Origin: an uncultured Acidobacteriota bacterium
GTDB taxonomy: Bacteria; Acidobacteriota; Blastocatellia; RBC074
Length of the DNA: 64,000 nucleotides
NCBI GenBank assembly: GCA_963796275.1
Contig: CAWCKY010000006.1
Coordinates: 64,001 to 128,000, forward strand
Reading direction: 5' to 3'
Shown: piece after piece, positions 12,139-23,013 of the stretch
How positions within the stretch are numbered: the stretch's first letter is position 1
How the letters are laid out: every line of letters starts with the position of its first letter
Notes under the pieces: model-generated
What the model was told of the DNA's origin: nothing
The model's database searches: none
What the model saw: only the letters and a program-made list of their open reading frames with translations
Position numbers and translations under genes: made by a program

Positions 12139-14268
12139 TTACAAAACTGGGCTTGCTCCTGGCGCAAGGTTCGCGATAAGCGCCACCACAGAGCGCGCCC
12201 CGGCGCGATAGCTATAGCCTGGAACCGATGGCGCCGTCTGCCACTGGACGATGTCGTGCGGTGAATCGAGCGTAGTGTCTATCCATCGGCGCCATGGATA
12301 TCCGTTCCCTTCATTCAGCGGCGGCAGCTCGAACTCAAGCGCCTCCCAATAGGCATTCAGGATAAAATGCAAAAATAGTTTTTCCCTCTTGAGCTCCACG
12401 GTCAACGCCAGCGAATGCGAGAATTCGCCCCAGTCGGGCTGGTTTAGTTTGACGCCGTGCCATGCTTTATTCGCCTCCTGGATCATCTGGGTCAAGGTCA
12501 GGCGCTGGTGTTCGTGCTCGATGTCTCGCAACAGCCGGCGTTCGGCGAGCAGCAATACAAACCGGTGCAGATCCGCATGCTTCGAGACCAGCGCCCAGTC
12601 GAACCAGTTCGTCTCATTGTCATGACAATAGTAGTTGTTGTTGCCGCGCTGGGTGCGCCCCACTTCGTCGCCCATCAGAATCATGGGCACACCCAATGAG
12701 AGCATCGTAGCGGTCAAGAAGTTCTTCATCTGTCTGTTTCGCAGCTTCTCTATCGCAGGGTCATCGGTCGGGCCCTCCGCGCCGCAGTTCCAGCTCAGGT
12801 TGCTATCCGCCCCATCGCTATTGTTCTCCCCATTCGCTTCGTTATGCTTATGGTTGTAGGAGACAAGGTCGTTGAGTGTGAAACCATCGTGACATGTCAC
12901 GAAATTAACGCTCTGCTCAGGCTCACGCTCCTTGTGACGGTAAATCTCGGGGCTACCGATCAATCGGTCGGCTAAGTGCGCCGCTGAACCCTTATCCCCA
13001 CGGAAGAAGCTGCGTGCATCGTCGCGAAATCGCCCGTTCCATTCCTTCCAACTGTCCCCGACGAAGCTGCCCACCTGATACAGGCCGGCCGCATCCCACG
13101 CCTCGGCGATAAGCTTCGTACCAGCCAGCGCCGGGTCCGACTCGATATCCCACAGAACAGGAGGATTCGGCATTGGATTGCCTGACGAATCGCGTGCGAG
13201 GATTGATGCGAGATCGAACCGGAAACCGTCCACGTGCATCACCTCGACCCAGTAACGCAGACTATCCACTATCATGCGGCGGACGATCGGATGATTGGCG
13301 TTGAGCGTGTTCCCGCATCCGGTGTAGTCGGCATAACGTGAGTTGTCCTGATCGAGGATGTAGTAAGTGCTGTTGTCAAGGCCGCGGAAACTCAGCGTCG
13401 GCCCCAGATGGTCGCCTTCGGCTGTATGATTGAAGACAACGTCGAGAATCACCTCTAGCCCCGCCCGGTGCAGCGCCTTGACCATATCGCGAAATTCGTC
13501 CACCGGTCCGGTCGGATCCTGGCGCGAGCTGTATGCCTGGTGCGGCGCAAAGAAAGAGACCGGTTGATACCCCCAGTAATTGACCAACCCCGGCGGGCAA
13601 GCCTGAGCATCGAACTGGAATACCGGGAGCAGTTCGACGGCACTGATGCCGAGCCGTTGAAGATAGGGAATCTTCTCTATCAAACCGGCGTAGGTGCCGC
13701 GTAGATTTTCGGCGACTTCGGAACTGGGATGTCGGGTGAACCCTCGCACGTGCATTTCATAAATAATCGTCCGCGCGGATGGATGATTCAGCGGAGCGTC
13801 TCCTTCCCAATCATAGGCGGACGGATCGACCACCACGCTCTTCATCGCCGTGGCAGCGTTGCCTCCCTCGATACCTGCCGCCTCGCGCGTGTAGTTTCCG
13901 GGAACGACCACACCCTTGCCATAGGGGTCGAGGAGAACTTTTGTAGGATCAAACCGTAGCCCTTTCGCCGGGTCGAATGGGCCCTCGGCCCGATAGCCGT
14001 AAATCTGCCCCGGCTGCACATCCGGCATGAATATGTGCCAATAGTGATAACCGCGGTTGGCGACGGGATCTAGGCGAATCACACGGGCAGGCCGAGCGTC
14101 ATCGACTCGATCGAAGAGGAGCAGTTCAACTCCTGTGGCGTATCTCGAGAAAAGACTGAAGTTTGTCCCATTAGCCGAAGGGGTCGTCCCCAGAGGCGAA
14201 CTCCTACCATTCAAATTCCGCTGTGCAATTTTTGACGTGGCTTGTGATCTTGGTTTCGATGCAAACAT
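12139..14268 (-). CDS. glgX: Glycogen debranching enzyme (GH13 isoamylase)
   Basis: NYWGY, DVVFNHTAEG, DGFRFDLAS, FVTCHDGFTL. Confidence 0.96.
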   Translation of the reverse strand: MFASKPRSQATSKIAQRNLNGRSSPLGTTPSANGTNFSLFSRYATGVELLLFDRVDDARPARVIRLDPVANRGYHYWHIFMPDVQPGQIYGYRAEGPFDPAKGLRFDPTKVLLDPYGKGVVVPGNYTREAAGIEGGNAATAMKSVVVDPSAYDWEGDAPLNHPSARTIIYEMHVRGFTRHPSSEVAENLRGTYAGLIEKIPYLQRLGISAVELLPVFQFDAQACPPGLVNYWGYQPVSFFAPHQAYSSRQDPTGPVDEFRDMVKALHRAGLEVILDVVFNHTAEGDHLGPTLSFRGLDNSTYYILDQDNSRYADYTGCGNTLNANHPIVRRMIVDSLRYWVEVMHVDGFRFDLASILARDSSGNPMPNPPVLWDIESDPALAGTKLIAEAWDAAGLYQVGSFVGDSWKEWNGRFRDDARSFFRGDKGSAAHLADRLIGSPEIYRHKEREPEQSVNFVTCHDGFTLNDLVSYNHKHNEANGENNSDGADSNLSWNCGAEGPTDDPAIEKLRNRQMKNFLTATMLSLGVPMILMGDEVGRTQRGNNNYYCHDNETNWFDWALVSKHADLHRFVLLLAERRLLRDIEHEHQRLTLTQMIQEANKAWHGVKLNQPDWGEFSHSLALTVELKREKLFLHFILNAYWEALEFELPPLNEGNGYPWRRWIDTTLDSPHDIVQWQTAPSVPGYSYRAGARSVVALIANLAPGASPVL

Positions 14269-14337
14269 TTCTTCTCCTCGATTTCGAACCTCCTGGGATG
14301 CTGCTCCCAGCTGCGCGAATGGTTAGTAGGTATAGCT

Positions 14338-14448
14338 CTATTTGGCGGATGTCCATGCGTTGATCATTGACCATTCGCTGATTGAAATCAGTGGAACATC
14401 CCACGGGAGTTGGGAACCGCTGATCGTCGCCGGCGGCGCCTTGGACAT
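14338..14448 (-). other. 36-aa micro-ORF/gene remnant with strong RBS, first cistron after sigma54 promoter P1
   Basis: AAGGAGATGTAAC-ATG; MSKAPPATISGSQLPWDVPLISISEWSMINAWTSAK*. Confidence 0.4.
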
Positions 14449-14509
14449 GTTACATCTCCTTACAGCCGTGGATGTATCCCTTTGCTCAAGCAATGATTCA
14501 AGATTGAGG

Positions 14510-14648
14510 TAGCAAGCTTTAAGCCAAACGGAAATAGCTACCCGGCCTGACCGAAAGTGATTTACTTAGCTTATTTGCGAGTCGAAGCGATGATGTGGGT
14601 ATTTCTTTGCGCCCCAAGATATTGGAGCGCCCACAAATTATTGGAGGT
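14510..14648 (-). promoter_or_regulatory. Sigma54 promoter P1 plus tandem upstream activator sites (glgX-mscS)
   Basis: TTGGCTTAAAGCTTGCTA (14527-14510); CTCCAATAATT and CTCCAATATCTTGG 19 bp apart. Confidence 0.8.
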
Positions 14649-14844
14649 TATTCCACCACGAGCGCGTACCTGGCGTCATAAACGCGATCGAAGCGGCGCG
14701 CTGAAATGCTCCCGGGAGTTACACGCCTTTGAAATCTTCCTGGCTTACCAATTCGGCATGGGCGTTAAACAACCAAACTGAATGTCAAGAAGCGAGGGAA
14801 GTCTGGCTGTGATCGTCGGCTGAGCGGTGCCGAAAGCGCTTCAG

Positions 14845-16164
14845 CTAAAGCCAACCGCCACTAAATCCCGCCCGCAGCAGTCCGGCAACGACCACCGGGC
14901 AACGACGCATGATGTTCCAGAGCAGGCCGGTCCGATAGTTCTCGATCATCAGTACGATCGGCCCTTGATCGATCCCGAAGTGATACGGCGTGACCCACCA
15001 ACCAGTCGGGCTATCTGGCACAACAAACGATTGATTGAACGACGGCTTGAATCCATATTTTCTCGTCATGCCCAATTCCATTTGCGCAAAATGCTGCACG
15101 GTCGGGATGACGATTTCAGGAGCAAACGGCAGCGAGGCGATGACAACCCAAGGGGCGACGGTACCATCATCGGGACCGAATGGGGCGCCTCGAGCGAAAT
15201 AATCGAAAAACTCGCATTCGGTCCCGTTGATTGCGCGCTTTACACAACCGGGCCCGTCGCATGCTGTGAATCCCCAACAGTGTTCACCGTAGCCGACAAA
15301 ATTCATGGGATTCCGGATCGCATATTCTTGCTGTACAAACGTCGCCTGCCGGCTATTTTCAAAGTAGTCGCTGCCGTGCGCCTGCATGAACTCATCGCGA
15401 ATACCGCGAAAGTCGATCCACATATGCGAGAGTTGATGCGTGAAGAGAGGGCCCGAGTAAAGCAATTCACGTTCGTAGATTTTCCTCCACTGGTAAGTCG
15501 CGCAATAGGCGCGATAACTCTCGGGGGGCAACGAATGCGTTGGCGAACCGAGTCCGAGGATGTACAGGAGCAAGCCTTCGTCATAACCTTGCCAGCGATG
15601 TGGGATGAACCCGGTCTCCGGCGTCCAGCCATGAGTTAGAGTCGGTCCGCCATCCCGGGCCCAATTCCAATCGGCCCGTTGGTAAAGCGCATCGGCCAGG
15701 TTTCTGATCTCGATCTCGTCGGGCGTATCACGGTCGAAATAGGCGCCGACTGTCAAGGCGCCCGCGAACAGAAACGCCGAGTCGATGGTGGAAAGCTCGC
15801 ATTGCCAGACGCGGCGACCCGTTTCGATGTCCAGGAAATGGTAGAAAAAGCCTTTGTAGCCGGAGGTCTCCGGCCCGGGGCCTTGCGGGCATTCGAACAA
15901 GTAACGCAGTCGTTTCCGGGTGATCTTGGCGGCGAAATCTCGGAAGAGGACGCCACGCTCGACGACGACCGGAATCGTCGCCAGCGCCATGCCGCAAGCG
16001 GCGATACTGACCGGAGCGTTCGGATCAGTCTTGTCGCGGACCAGCCCATTGTCCGGGTTGGATTCGTGCAGATAGTACAGAACCGTGGAGAGCTGCAGCA
16101 GGGCCAGCTCTTGGTCGGTGAGCAGTCGATCGGAATCGTCGTTGGCGCAGGAAGTGTCGGTCAT
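14845..16164 (-). CDS. GH144-like (putative glucoamylase family) endo-beta-1,2-glucanase
   Basis: KGFFYHFLD, ELSTIDSA, GPLFTHQLSH, WGFTACDGP, GIDQGPI. Confidence 0.85.
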   Translation of the reverse strand: MTDTSCANDDSDRLLTDQELALLQLSTVLYYLHESNPDNGLVRDKTDPNAPVSIAACGMALATIPVVVERGVLFRDFAAKITRKRLRYLFECPQGPGPETSGYKGFFYHFLDIETGRRVWQCELSTIDSAFLFAGALTVGAYFDRDTPDEIEIRNLADALYQRADWNWARDGGPTLTHGWTPETGFIPHRWQGYDEGLLLYILGLGSPTHSLPPESYRAYCATYQWRKIYERELLYSGPLFTHQLSHMWIDFRGIRDEFMQAHGSDYFENSRQATFVQQEYAIRNPMNFVGYGEHCWGFTACDGPGCVKRAINGTECEFFDYFARGAPFGPDDGTVAPWVVIASLPFAPEIVIPTVQHFAQMELGMTRKYGFKPSFNQSFVVPDSPTGWWVTPYHFGIDQGPIVLMIENYRTGLLWNIMRRCPVVVAGLLRAGFSGGWL

Positions 16165-16181
16165 AGGTCAGTTGCTCTCCG

Positions 16182-19100
16182 TCAGCCCAATTGCACGCGG
16201 ACGTTGTGTGTTTTCGAGTCGTCGCTTAGCGGCACCGTGTCGTTCGGCAATCGCTGACCGTCCAACTCGACCGATCGGACGCCGCGACCCGTGCCAGCCG
16301 AGTTGTCCACCTGAATTCGGTAGGTAGCGGACAGATGGCGATAGCTCATTTCAAATCCCGGCCAGCTCGGCGGGATGCATGGCTCGAAACGAAGTGTGCC
16401 GCCCCGCAATTGGAAACCAAGAATCGTCTCAATGGCGACGCGGTAGAGCCAACTCGCCGAGCCGGTGTACCACGTCCAGCCGCCGCGGCCCGTGTGTGGC
16501 GGGGCGCCATACACGTCGGCGCAAACCACATACGGCTCAACTTTGTAATGCTGCACCTCCTCAGCCGTCGTGGCGTGGTAGACCGGGTTGATGAGGTTCC
16601 ATAGTTCCATGGCGCGGTCGCCATGACCCTGCAACGCCGTCGCCAGGGCAACCCAGGTAGCGGCATGTGTGTATTGACCACCGTTCTCGCGGATGCCCGG
16701 CACATATCCTTTGATGTAGCCGGGCTGAAGGGCGCCTTTGTCGAACGGCGGGTCGAATAGCTGGATCAGTTTGTCGCCGATACGCACCAGTCGTTTTTGA
16801 ACCGCGTCTATCGCCGATTGAGCCCGTGCCGGGTTGGCTGCTCCGGAAATGACCGCCCAAGCCTGTGGGATGGCGTCGATTTGGCACTCATCGTTTTGAG
16901 CAGATCCCAAGGGAGTGCCGTCATCGAAATACGCTCGGCGGTACCACGCGCCGTCCCAGGCATTCGCCTCCAGAGCAACCCGCAACTGCTCGGCTCGCTC
17001 CCGGCACCAATTTGCATCGTCGGCCTGGCTGCGACCGATCAGCCAATTCTGCAAACGCGTTCAACACGCTGATGAAGAACCACGCCGTTCCAAACGCTCT
17101 CGCCCTTTCCGTGGACGCCCACCTTATTCATGCCGTCGTTCCAATCGCCGGTGCCCATGAGAGGCAATCCGTGGGAACCCAACCGATAGCCGTGCTTCAG
17201 CGCGCGAACGCAGTGCTCGTATATGGTGCCAGTCTGCTCGCTCACTGCGGGCAAGTTGAAGTCTTCTTCCTGTTCTTCGCGAAGCACCGGCGACGTGATG
17301 AACGGCACGACCTCATTTAACAAGTCCGTGTCGCCTGTCGTCACAACATAGTGGTGAACCACTAGGGGCAAGAAATAGAGGTCATCGGTGATTCGCGTGC
17401 GAACGCCGATCCCGGACGGCGGGTGCCACCAGTGCTGGACATCGCCCTCCTCGAATTGCCGTGCCGCCGATCGCAAGATCTGCGCACGCGCCTCTGCCGG
17501 AGCGCTGTAGACCAAAGCCATCACATCCTGAAGTTGGTCGCGAAAGCCGTACGCTCCGCCGGATTGGTAAAACGCAGAGCGGGCCCAAACGCGGCAAGCC
17601 AGAACCTGATAAATAAGCCAACGGTTGAGCATCAAGTCGATGCCCGGATCGGGCGTAGTCACGTGCAACGCATTTAGATAACGGTCCCATTGCTGATGCA
17701 CCTGCGCCAGTGCCGCATCGGCTCGATGGGGTTCTGTGTATGCACTAATGAGTCGATGAATCTCTTCCAAGCTGTCCGCCTGACCCAAGGCAAAAACCAC
17801 TTCTTTCGTCTCGCCAGGAGACAGCGTCACTTCCGTCGTCATTGCCGCGCAGGGATCAAGGGCCGGGCCGGCGCGGCCGGATAGCCTGACGCGCCGCAGG
17901 GCGGCGGGCATGGAAATCGAGCCGTGTTCCCCCAGAAATTCCGTACGATCTGCGGTGACTGACTGCGTCGGCGAACCACATGCCACGAAGGCGATCTTCT
18001 CGGCGAAGTTGCCGGCCCAAGCATTCCGCGCCAATATCGCGGCGCTCTCCGGATCGCGCTCGCAGACGACTTGCAGCGGAGCGTTTTCACGAGCCGATCC
18101 AAGAGTCCATTCGGCGTAGTACGTCGCCGACAAGCGCCTTGGGCGATCGTCGTCATTTCGCACAGTCAGGCACACCAACTTAATCGGATCGTCGGTCGGA
18201 ACGAAAACCAAAAGCTCTTGATTGAGATTACGACTGACATGGGTGTAGCGAGTGTAGCCTTGGCCGTGGCGGACAGTCACCGGTGCCCCAGGCCCCAGCG
18301 GCAAGGGCGTGGGCGTCCAGAAATCACCAGTTTCCTCGTCGCGCAAATAGACCACTTCACCTGGCTGGTCCGAAGTCGGATCATTCGACCAGGGAGTGAG
18401 GCGGTTCATTTGACTGTTGCCTGCCCAACTGTAGCCCAGACCAGCCTCTGTCACTAGACATCCGAACCGCGGATTGGCCAGCACATTCGTCCAGGGAGCT
18501 GGCGGCAACGCTGGTCCGATCTGTGAAGTGCCGTCGATGACGATCACGTACTCGCGGCCATCAGAGGTGAAACCTCCGAAGCCGTTCCAGAAACTCAATC
18601 CTTCAGGTTGTCGAGCAGCCGGTCGGGTGGGCTGCGCGACAGGCTTTGTCGCGACCGCACCGGGAGCGAATTGCGGCGGCGGATCGGGCCGTGGGGCAGC
18701 GCGATGATCGATCTGCTCGGCCAGTGATCCGCGATCACCGACAAGCACAGCCCGCGCGGCGGCTGCGAGCAGGACCGCATCATCGGCCGGCACTTTGTCC
18801 GCAGTCAGAAAGAACACGCCGCCCGACTTGCCGAGCATCTCGCCGGCAATCCCCGTTTGGAGTTCCGTGCGTAACCGTTCGGCAGGTTCGCCGGCACGCT
18901 CGTCCAGGATCACGAGATCCACATTCAATCCGCGTCGGCGCGTATAGATGCGCCACTTGACGAGTTGCCGAACGATCCTCTCATCGCCGACCCGAGCGAC
19001 TCGGGCCAGCACGATCGGGAGGTCACCGGAAATGGAGTGCGGCCACAGGCCCGGCTGCCCCAGCCGGTTGGCGGCCACGGCATCAAGGTCGCGAAGACCG

Positions 19101-20041
19101 GAGTTCGTGAACACGACGGCCGCCGCCAGCCGGTTGAACAGGGCGATATCGTCCGGCGTGAGCTCGAGCTCCTGTAGTTCGCTCTGGCAGTGGGCTTTGG
19201 CGCCTGCAAATGCCTGGTCGATCGCCTCGAATTCGCGGAATTGTTCGGCAATTCCGATGGCGCCTTCACGCGTGTCAGCCGCTCCGGTCACGAATGCGAT
19301 GCGAGTCGTCATTCCCGGTTCGAGCCCGACGCGCCGGCGCAAGCTGAAGATCGGATCGAGCACCGCGCCGGTGGTTCGCGACAAGCGAGACCCAGGATCC
19401 AACGCGGCGGGATTGGCCGGCGTGCGACCGCGTCCGAGAAATCTCATTCGGTCCGTCTCGTAATCAATCTCGTCACTGGCCGAAACGCTCGCCGCCGAAG
19501 TGTGAATCGCCCAGACTGGATGTTCGTTCGCGCCGCGGGGGCGGCGTCGGGCCAAAAGCGCGCCGTACTGGGGATCGAATTCCGTCTCCAGGAATAGCTT
19601 GGCAAAAGCAGGGTGGGCCTGATCGGCCCGACGGTCATTCAGGCACACCTCCGCATAGCTCGTAAGCTCGACTTCGCGATGGCGAGGGCCGTGATTGACG
19701 AGCGTCACCACGCGTACCTCGGCATCTGCATCCGGCACGACACAAACGGCACAGCGGGTCTCGACGTCGCCATCCCGTCGACGGAACTCCGCGCGGTCGG
19801 CGTGAAACTCGATGTCAGATTCATCAGCGGCCCGGCACAACGGTTGACTTCCAATCGACCACAAGCTGCCGTCGCTGAGGTCACGGACGTAATAGAACTG
19901 ACCCCAGCAGTCGCGCGTGGCATCTTCGCGCCAGCGTGTTACATCCAGGCCGCGCCAGGTGCTGTAGCCAGCGCCGGCGTTCGTGATCATCACTCCGTAC
20001 GAGCCATTGGAAAGCAGTGCTACCGTAGGTTGCGATCTCAT
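16182..20041 (-). CDS. GH94 glycoside phosphorylase (Cgs/NdvB C-terminal type, beta-1,2-oligoglucan), split by two 1-bp insertions near 17085 and 17035
   Basis: LLSNGSY, APWTNVLAN, YQSGGAYGFRDQLQD, GDWNDGMN, ENGGQYTHAA, WYTGSASW; intermediate frame reads AWFFISVLNAFAELADR. Confidence 0.88.
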
Positions 20042-20098
20042 TTATTCTCCGTCCGACATTGGAAACATGCTGAGGCTCGGCCCGCGGTCACGAGCGCA

Positions 20099-20124
20099 CC
20101 ATTACTCCACTAGTGGAATAATGG
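20099..20124. promoter_or_regulatory. 26-bp loopless palindrome upstream of the GH94 start
   Basis: CCATTAcTCCACTAGTGGAaTAATGG. Confidence 0.4.
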
Positions 20125-20326
20125 CTGCTGGTTCGTACCGCAGCAGAGCACATAAATTGTTCTCGATCTGCAGCTCGCGCGCTGCCTTCTTGACGGGTAG
20201 TACGCGGGCAAATTTCGCTGAATGGGCATCTTGACCTCGTCTTCATCGATGGCATGACGAAGATCGAAGTCACCAAACACTTACTGAGCATAGACGGTTT
20301 CATTGTTAAATCTCCCAATACACATG

Positions 20327-20484
20327 TAGCAAGCCTCGGTCCAAATGAATAACTCTGCTGAGGCATTAGGTAGGGATTTCACAAGAAGCTATTTAACTCT
20401 TTATACTTGCGAGGTGAGTCAGATTGATGATTAACCGATTGGATGCTACGAAATGTTGGAGCTTCCCCTTAAATATTGGAGACC
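20327..20484 (-). promoter_or_regulatory. Sigma54 promoter P2 plus tandem activator sites (GH94-GH144)
   Basis: TTGGACCGAGGCTTGCTA (20344-20327); GTCTCCAATATTTAAGGGGAAGCTCCAACATTTCGTAGCAT. Confidence 0.8.
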
Positions 20485-20565
20485 CTCCTGGTGAAATCAA
20501 GATAATCATACTTCGATAGTACTGCGGTTTTAAGACGAGTATGCAGGGTTGAAGATTGCAAAGCT

Positions 20566-20745
20566 TTTGGAGTGCGGTTGCTTGCTTGGCTTGGGATGCC
20601 GCTGGTGATTTCGTTTTGGACAGCAAATCAGTACCGCGAGCGGTAGCGAGCGTGGCTCTCGCAAAGGATTTACGCCGGAAGTCACGCTCGCTACCGCTCG
20701 CGGTACTGATTCGCCAGCAGTATCGCTTGCTTGCAACCGCTTTGG
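20566..20745. repeat. Nested REP-like elements
   Basis: Perfect 29-bp IR (20626-20654/20683-20711) inside a split GGAGTGCGGTTGC...GCAACCGCTTTGG palindrome; GCTTGCTTG on both sides. Confidence 0.8.
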
Positions 20746-20810
20746 TAGTCATATTCCGCGATCCGGGATTTTCGACCTAACTCACCTCACACCCCTCCAC
20801 CACTGACTAC

Positions 20811-21093
20811 CATCTTCACGCGGATCAAGTGGGTAGATACAAATGACGACCAGTTCGATCTCAGCGGCAGCTGGTGGTTAAATCTGAGCTCTAACCTCAA
20901 ATTTGGTAAAAAGAGCGTGGGAAGTTCCTGGTTACTTATGGCGAGGGTATCGAGAACTACATGCGAGAACTACATGCTCACTACATGAATGATGCGCCGG
21001 TGGACGTCGGCATCAAGAATAACGTTCAGAATCCAGTCGCGCCGATCAAGGGTGGCCTTGCCGGCACTGGGCATCGTCGCATTTTTGGATCAC
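20811..21093 (+). pseudogene. Degraded internal fragment of a DcaP-like outer-membrane porin
   Basis: Pieces in shifting frames: RIKWVDTNDDQFDLSG, NLSSNLKFG, VTYGEGIENYM, YMNDAPVDVGIKNN, ALPALGIVAFLDH. Confidence 0.55.
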
Positions 21094-21103
21094 AAAATTG
21101 AAT

Positions 21104-21243
21104 ATGTGCGGAAGGGAAAGACCGCGTAAACGCGGAACTCCAAGCGAATTCTTAAACGCGATGTTCGGAGTTCCGCCTTCGGGCGGTCAGAAATCATGTG
21201 CGGAAGGGAAGACCGCGTAAACGCGGAACTCCAAGCGAATTCT
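21104..21243. repeat. BIME-like REP cluster
   Basis: Two ~48-bp direct repeats containing ACCGCGTAAACGCGGAACTCC flanking an inverted GGAGTTCCGCCTTCGGGCGGTC. Confidence 0.8.
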
Positions 21244-21274
21244 GAGGATTGATTGCTCGAGATAGAAGGAAAAA

Positions 21275-21413
21275 GTCTCCAATATTTGAGGGGTGCTCCA
21301 ATATTCCGTAGCATCAATCGATTGCCTCCAACACTGACTTGTCTCGCAAGTATCGAGAGTGAAATCACTTCCTACCGGCGTGAGTGAGTTGTTCGTTTGG
21401 ACTGAAACTTGCA
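21275..21413 (+). promoter_or_regulatory. Sigma54 promoter P3 plus tandem activator sites (atp operon)
   Basis: GTCTCCAATATTTGAGGGGTGCTCCAATATTCCGTAGCAT; TTGGACTGAAACTTGCA at 21397-21413. Confidence 0.82.
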
Positions 21414-21493
21414 GATTCCAGCTGATGAAAGACGAAGTCAAAATGCGCAAAGCCTATTCGGCGAAGCTTGCCGGCATACTATCAGCATACTAA

Positions 21494-22705
21494 ATGCTGT
21501 CTGCGTCAGGTTTCGTCATTTTGCAGGAGATGATCGGATGCTTACCGTTTCGCGAGAATCTAGAGTACATCGGCGCCGCGCCAATCGCGGGCGATCCGCT
21601 GAGAGCCCGGGAGCGCGATCTTGGGCCGGGTGAACGCGTGATCTTCGAGAAGCCCGACTACGAGCGCACGAACCCGGTTGCAGCATGTTACCGGGGCGCG
21701 GTGCGTGATACCGCCCGCGATGATGCCAGGCTGTTTCTTTGGTTGAAGGCTCAGTGGGGCTGGCTGCTCTTGATCGCTTTTTTGGTGAGTCTGGGCGCCC
21801 ACTCGACGTTCGCAATGGATGCCGGTGCCGAAACCGCTCCCGCGTTGTTAGCCGTTGATGCCCAACCGGGGGGACCGGTGGCAGTACCAGAAGTAAAAAA
21901 ACACGGCTTACCACAAGAAGCCGTCGAGATCGCCCGTCTCTTCGACTTCCCGATCACCAATTCTATGATCGTCAGTTGGATCGTTGCGCTTGGTCTCATC
22001 ATCTTTGCCCAGGTCGCTACGCGGCGCATGAAGCAAATTCCCGAGGGATCACAGAACTTTTTAGAATGGCTTGTTGAAAGCCTGCACAACTTTCTCGCTG
22101 GGATACTGGGTCATCACCTGGTCAACCGGACGTTTTGGTTTTTTGCGACTATTTTCATTTTCATTCTCTCTGCCAATTGGGTCGGTCTGATTCCCGGCGT
22201 AGGCGCGGTTGGTTGGGGACACGAAACCTCAGATGGCTTCAAGATCGATCAACCGTTGTTCCGCGGCGCCAATGCCGACGTCAACATGACACTGGCCATG
22301 TCGCTTGTCTTCTTCGCCTGCTGGATCGTCTGGGCTATACAGGAGCATGGTCCGCTCGGATTTCTGAAGGAACTGTTCGCGCCCAAGGGCGAAAGCACCG
22401 GACTATTGAAGGTGCTACTGGCAGTTGTGTTCTTCGCAGTCGGGTTACTTGAAATCATCTCCATTTTGTTCCGGCCGGTCTCCTTGAGTTTTCGTCTTTA
22501 CGGCAACATTTTTGCCGGTGAGAACATGTTGGAGACCATGACCAAGCTGGTCCCGGGCTTTGGCTGGTTGATACCGATCCCATTTTATTTTTTGGAGTTG
22601 CTCGTAGGCCTGGTCCAGGCGCTGGTCTTCATGTCGTTGACAGCGGTCTTCACGCTGTTGATTTGCCAGCATGAGACTGAGGCGCCTGCGGCTACGCATG
22701 TTTGA
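21494..22705 (+). CDS. atpB: Fo subunit a with N-terminal extension (true start probably downstream of 21494)
   Basis: ITNSMIVSW, FRPVSLSFRLYGNIFAGE, ELLVGLVQALVF. Confidence 0.93.
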   Translation: MLSASGFVILQEMIGCLPFRENLEYIGAAPIAGDPLRARERDLGPGERVIFEKPDYERTNPVAACYRGAVRDTARDDARLFLWLKAQWGWLLLIAFLVSLGAHSTFAMDAGAETAPALLAVDAQPGGPVAVPEVKKHGLPQEAVEIARLFDFPITNSMIVSWIVALGLIIFAQVATRRMKQIPEGSQNFLEWLVESLHNFLAGILGHHLVNRTFWFFATIFIFILSANWVGLIPGVGAVGWGHETSDGFKIDQPLFRGANADVNMTLAMSLVFFACWIVWAIQEHGPLGFLKELFAPKGESTGLLKVLLAVVFFAVGLLEIISILFRPVSLSFRLYGNIFAGENMLETMTKLVPGFGWLIPIPFYFLELLVGLVQALVFMSLTAVFTLLICQHETEAPAATHV

Positions 22706-22772
22706 AATCATGACTTTCGCCGGCTCGACAGCGTTCGATCGCGGAGTCGGCCAGAAAAGGAGAGTTAACCAG

Positions 22773-22961
22773 ATGGGCGAAAATGTATACATAGGTATGA
22801 CGGCTATTGGAGTAGCTATTGCCGTGGGTATGATCGGCTATAAGGCTTGTGATGCGGTCGGACGCAATCCCGAAGCATCCACCAAGCTTCTGGTCCAGTC
22901 TATCCTGGCCATTGCCTTCGCTGAGGCGATCGTGTTTTACGTGTTGTTCCTTGTGAGATAG
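22773..22961 (+). CDS. atpE: Fo subunit c (62 aa)
   Basis: AGGAG RBS; AVGRNP loop; AFAEAIVFY with the conserved Glu. Confidence 0.92.
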   Translation: MGENVYIGMTAIGVAIAVGMIGYKACDAVGRNPEASTKLLVQSILAIAFAEAIVFYVLFLVR

Positions 22962-23013
22962 GGACCACAATATCGACGCCGCCCTGGCGTTTTAGCTTGG
23001 CGAGGGTACGACT

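Noticed and set aside
21104-21243. Repeat-spacer-repeat as a mini CRISPR array
   Set aside because: Only two ~48-bp repeats, the spacer holds an inverted copy of the same palindrome, and there are no cas genes; it fits REP/BIME.
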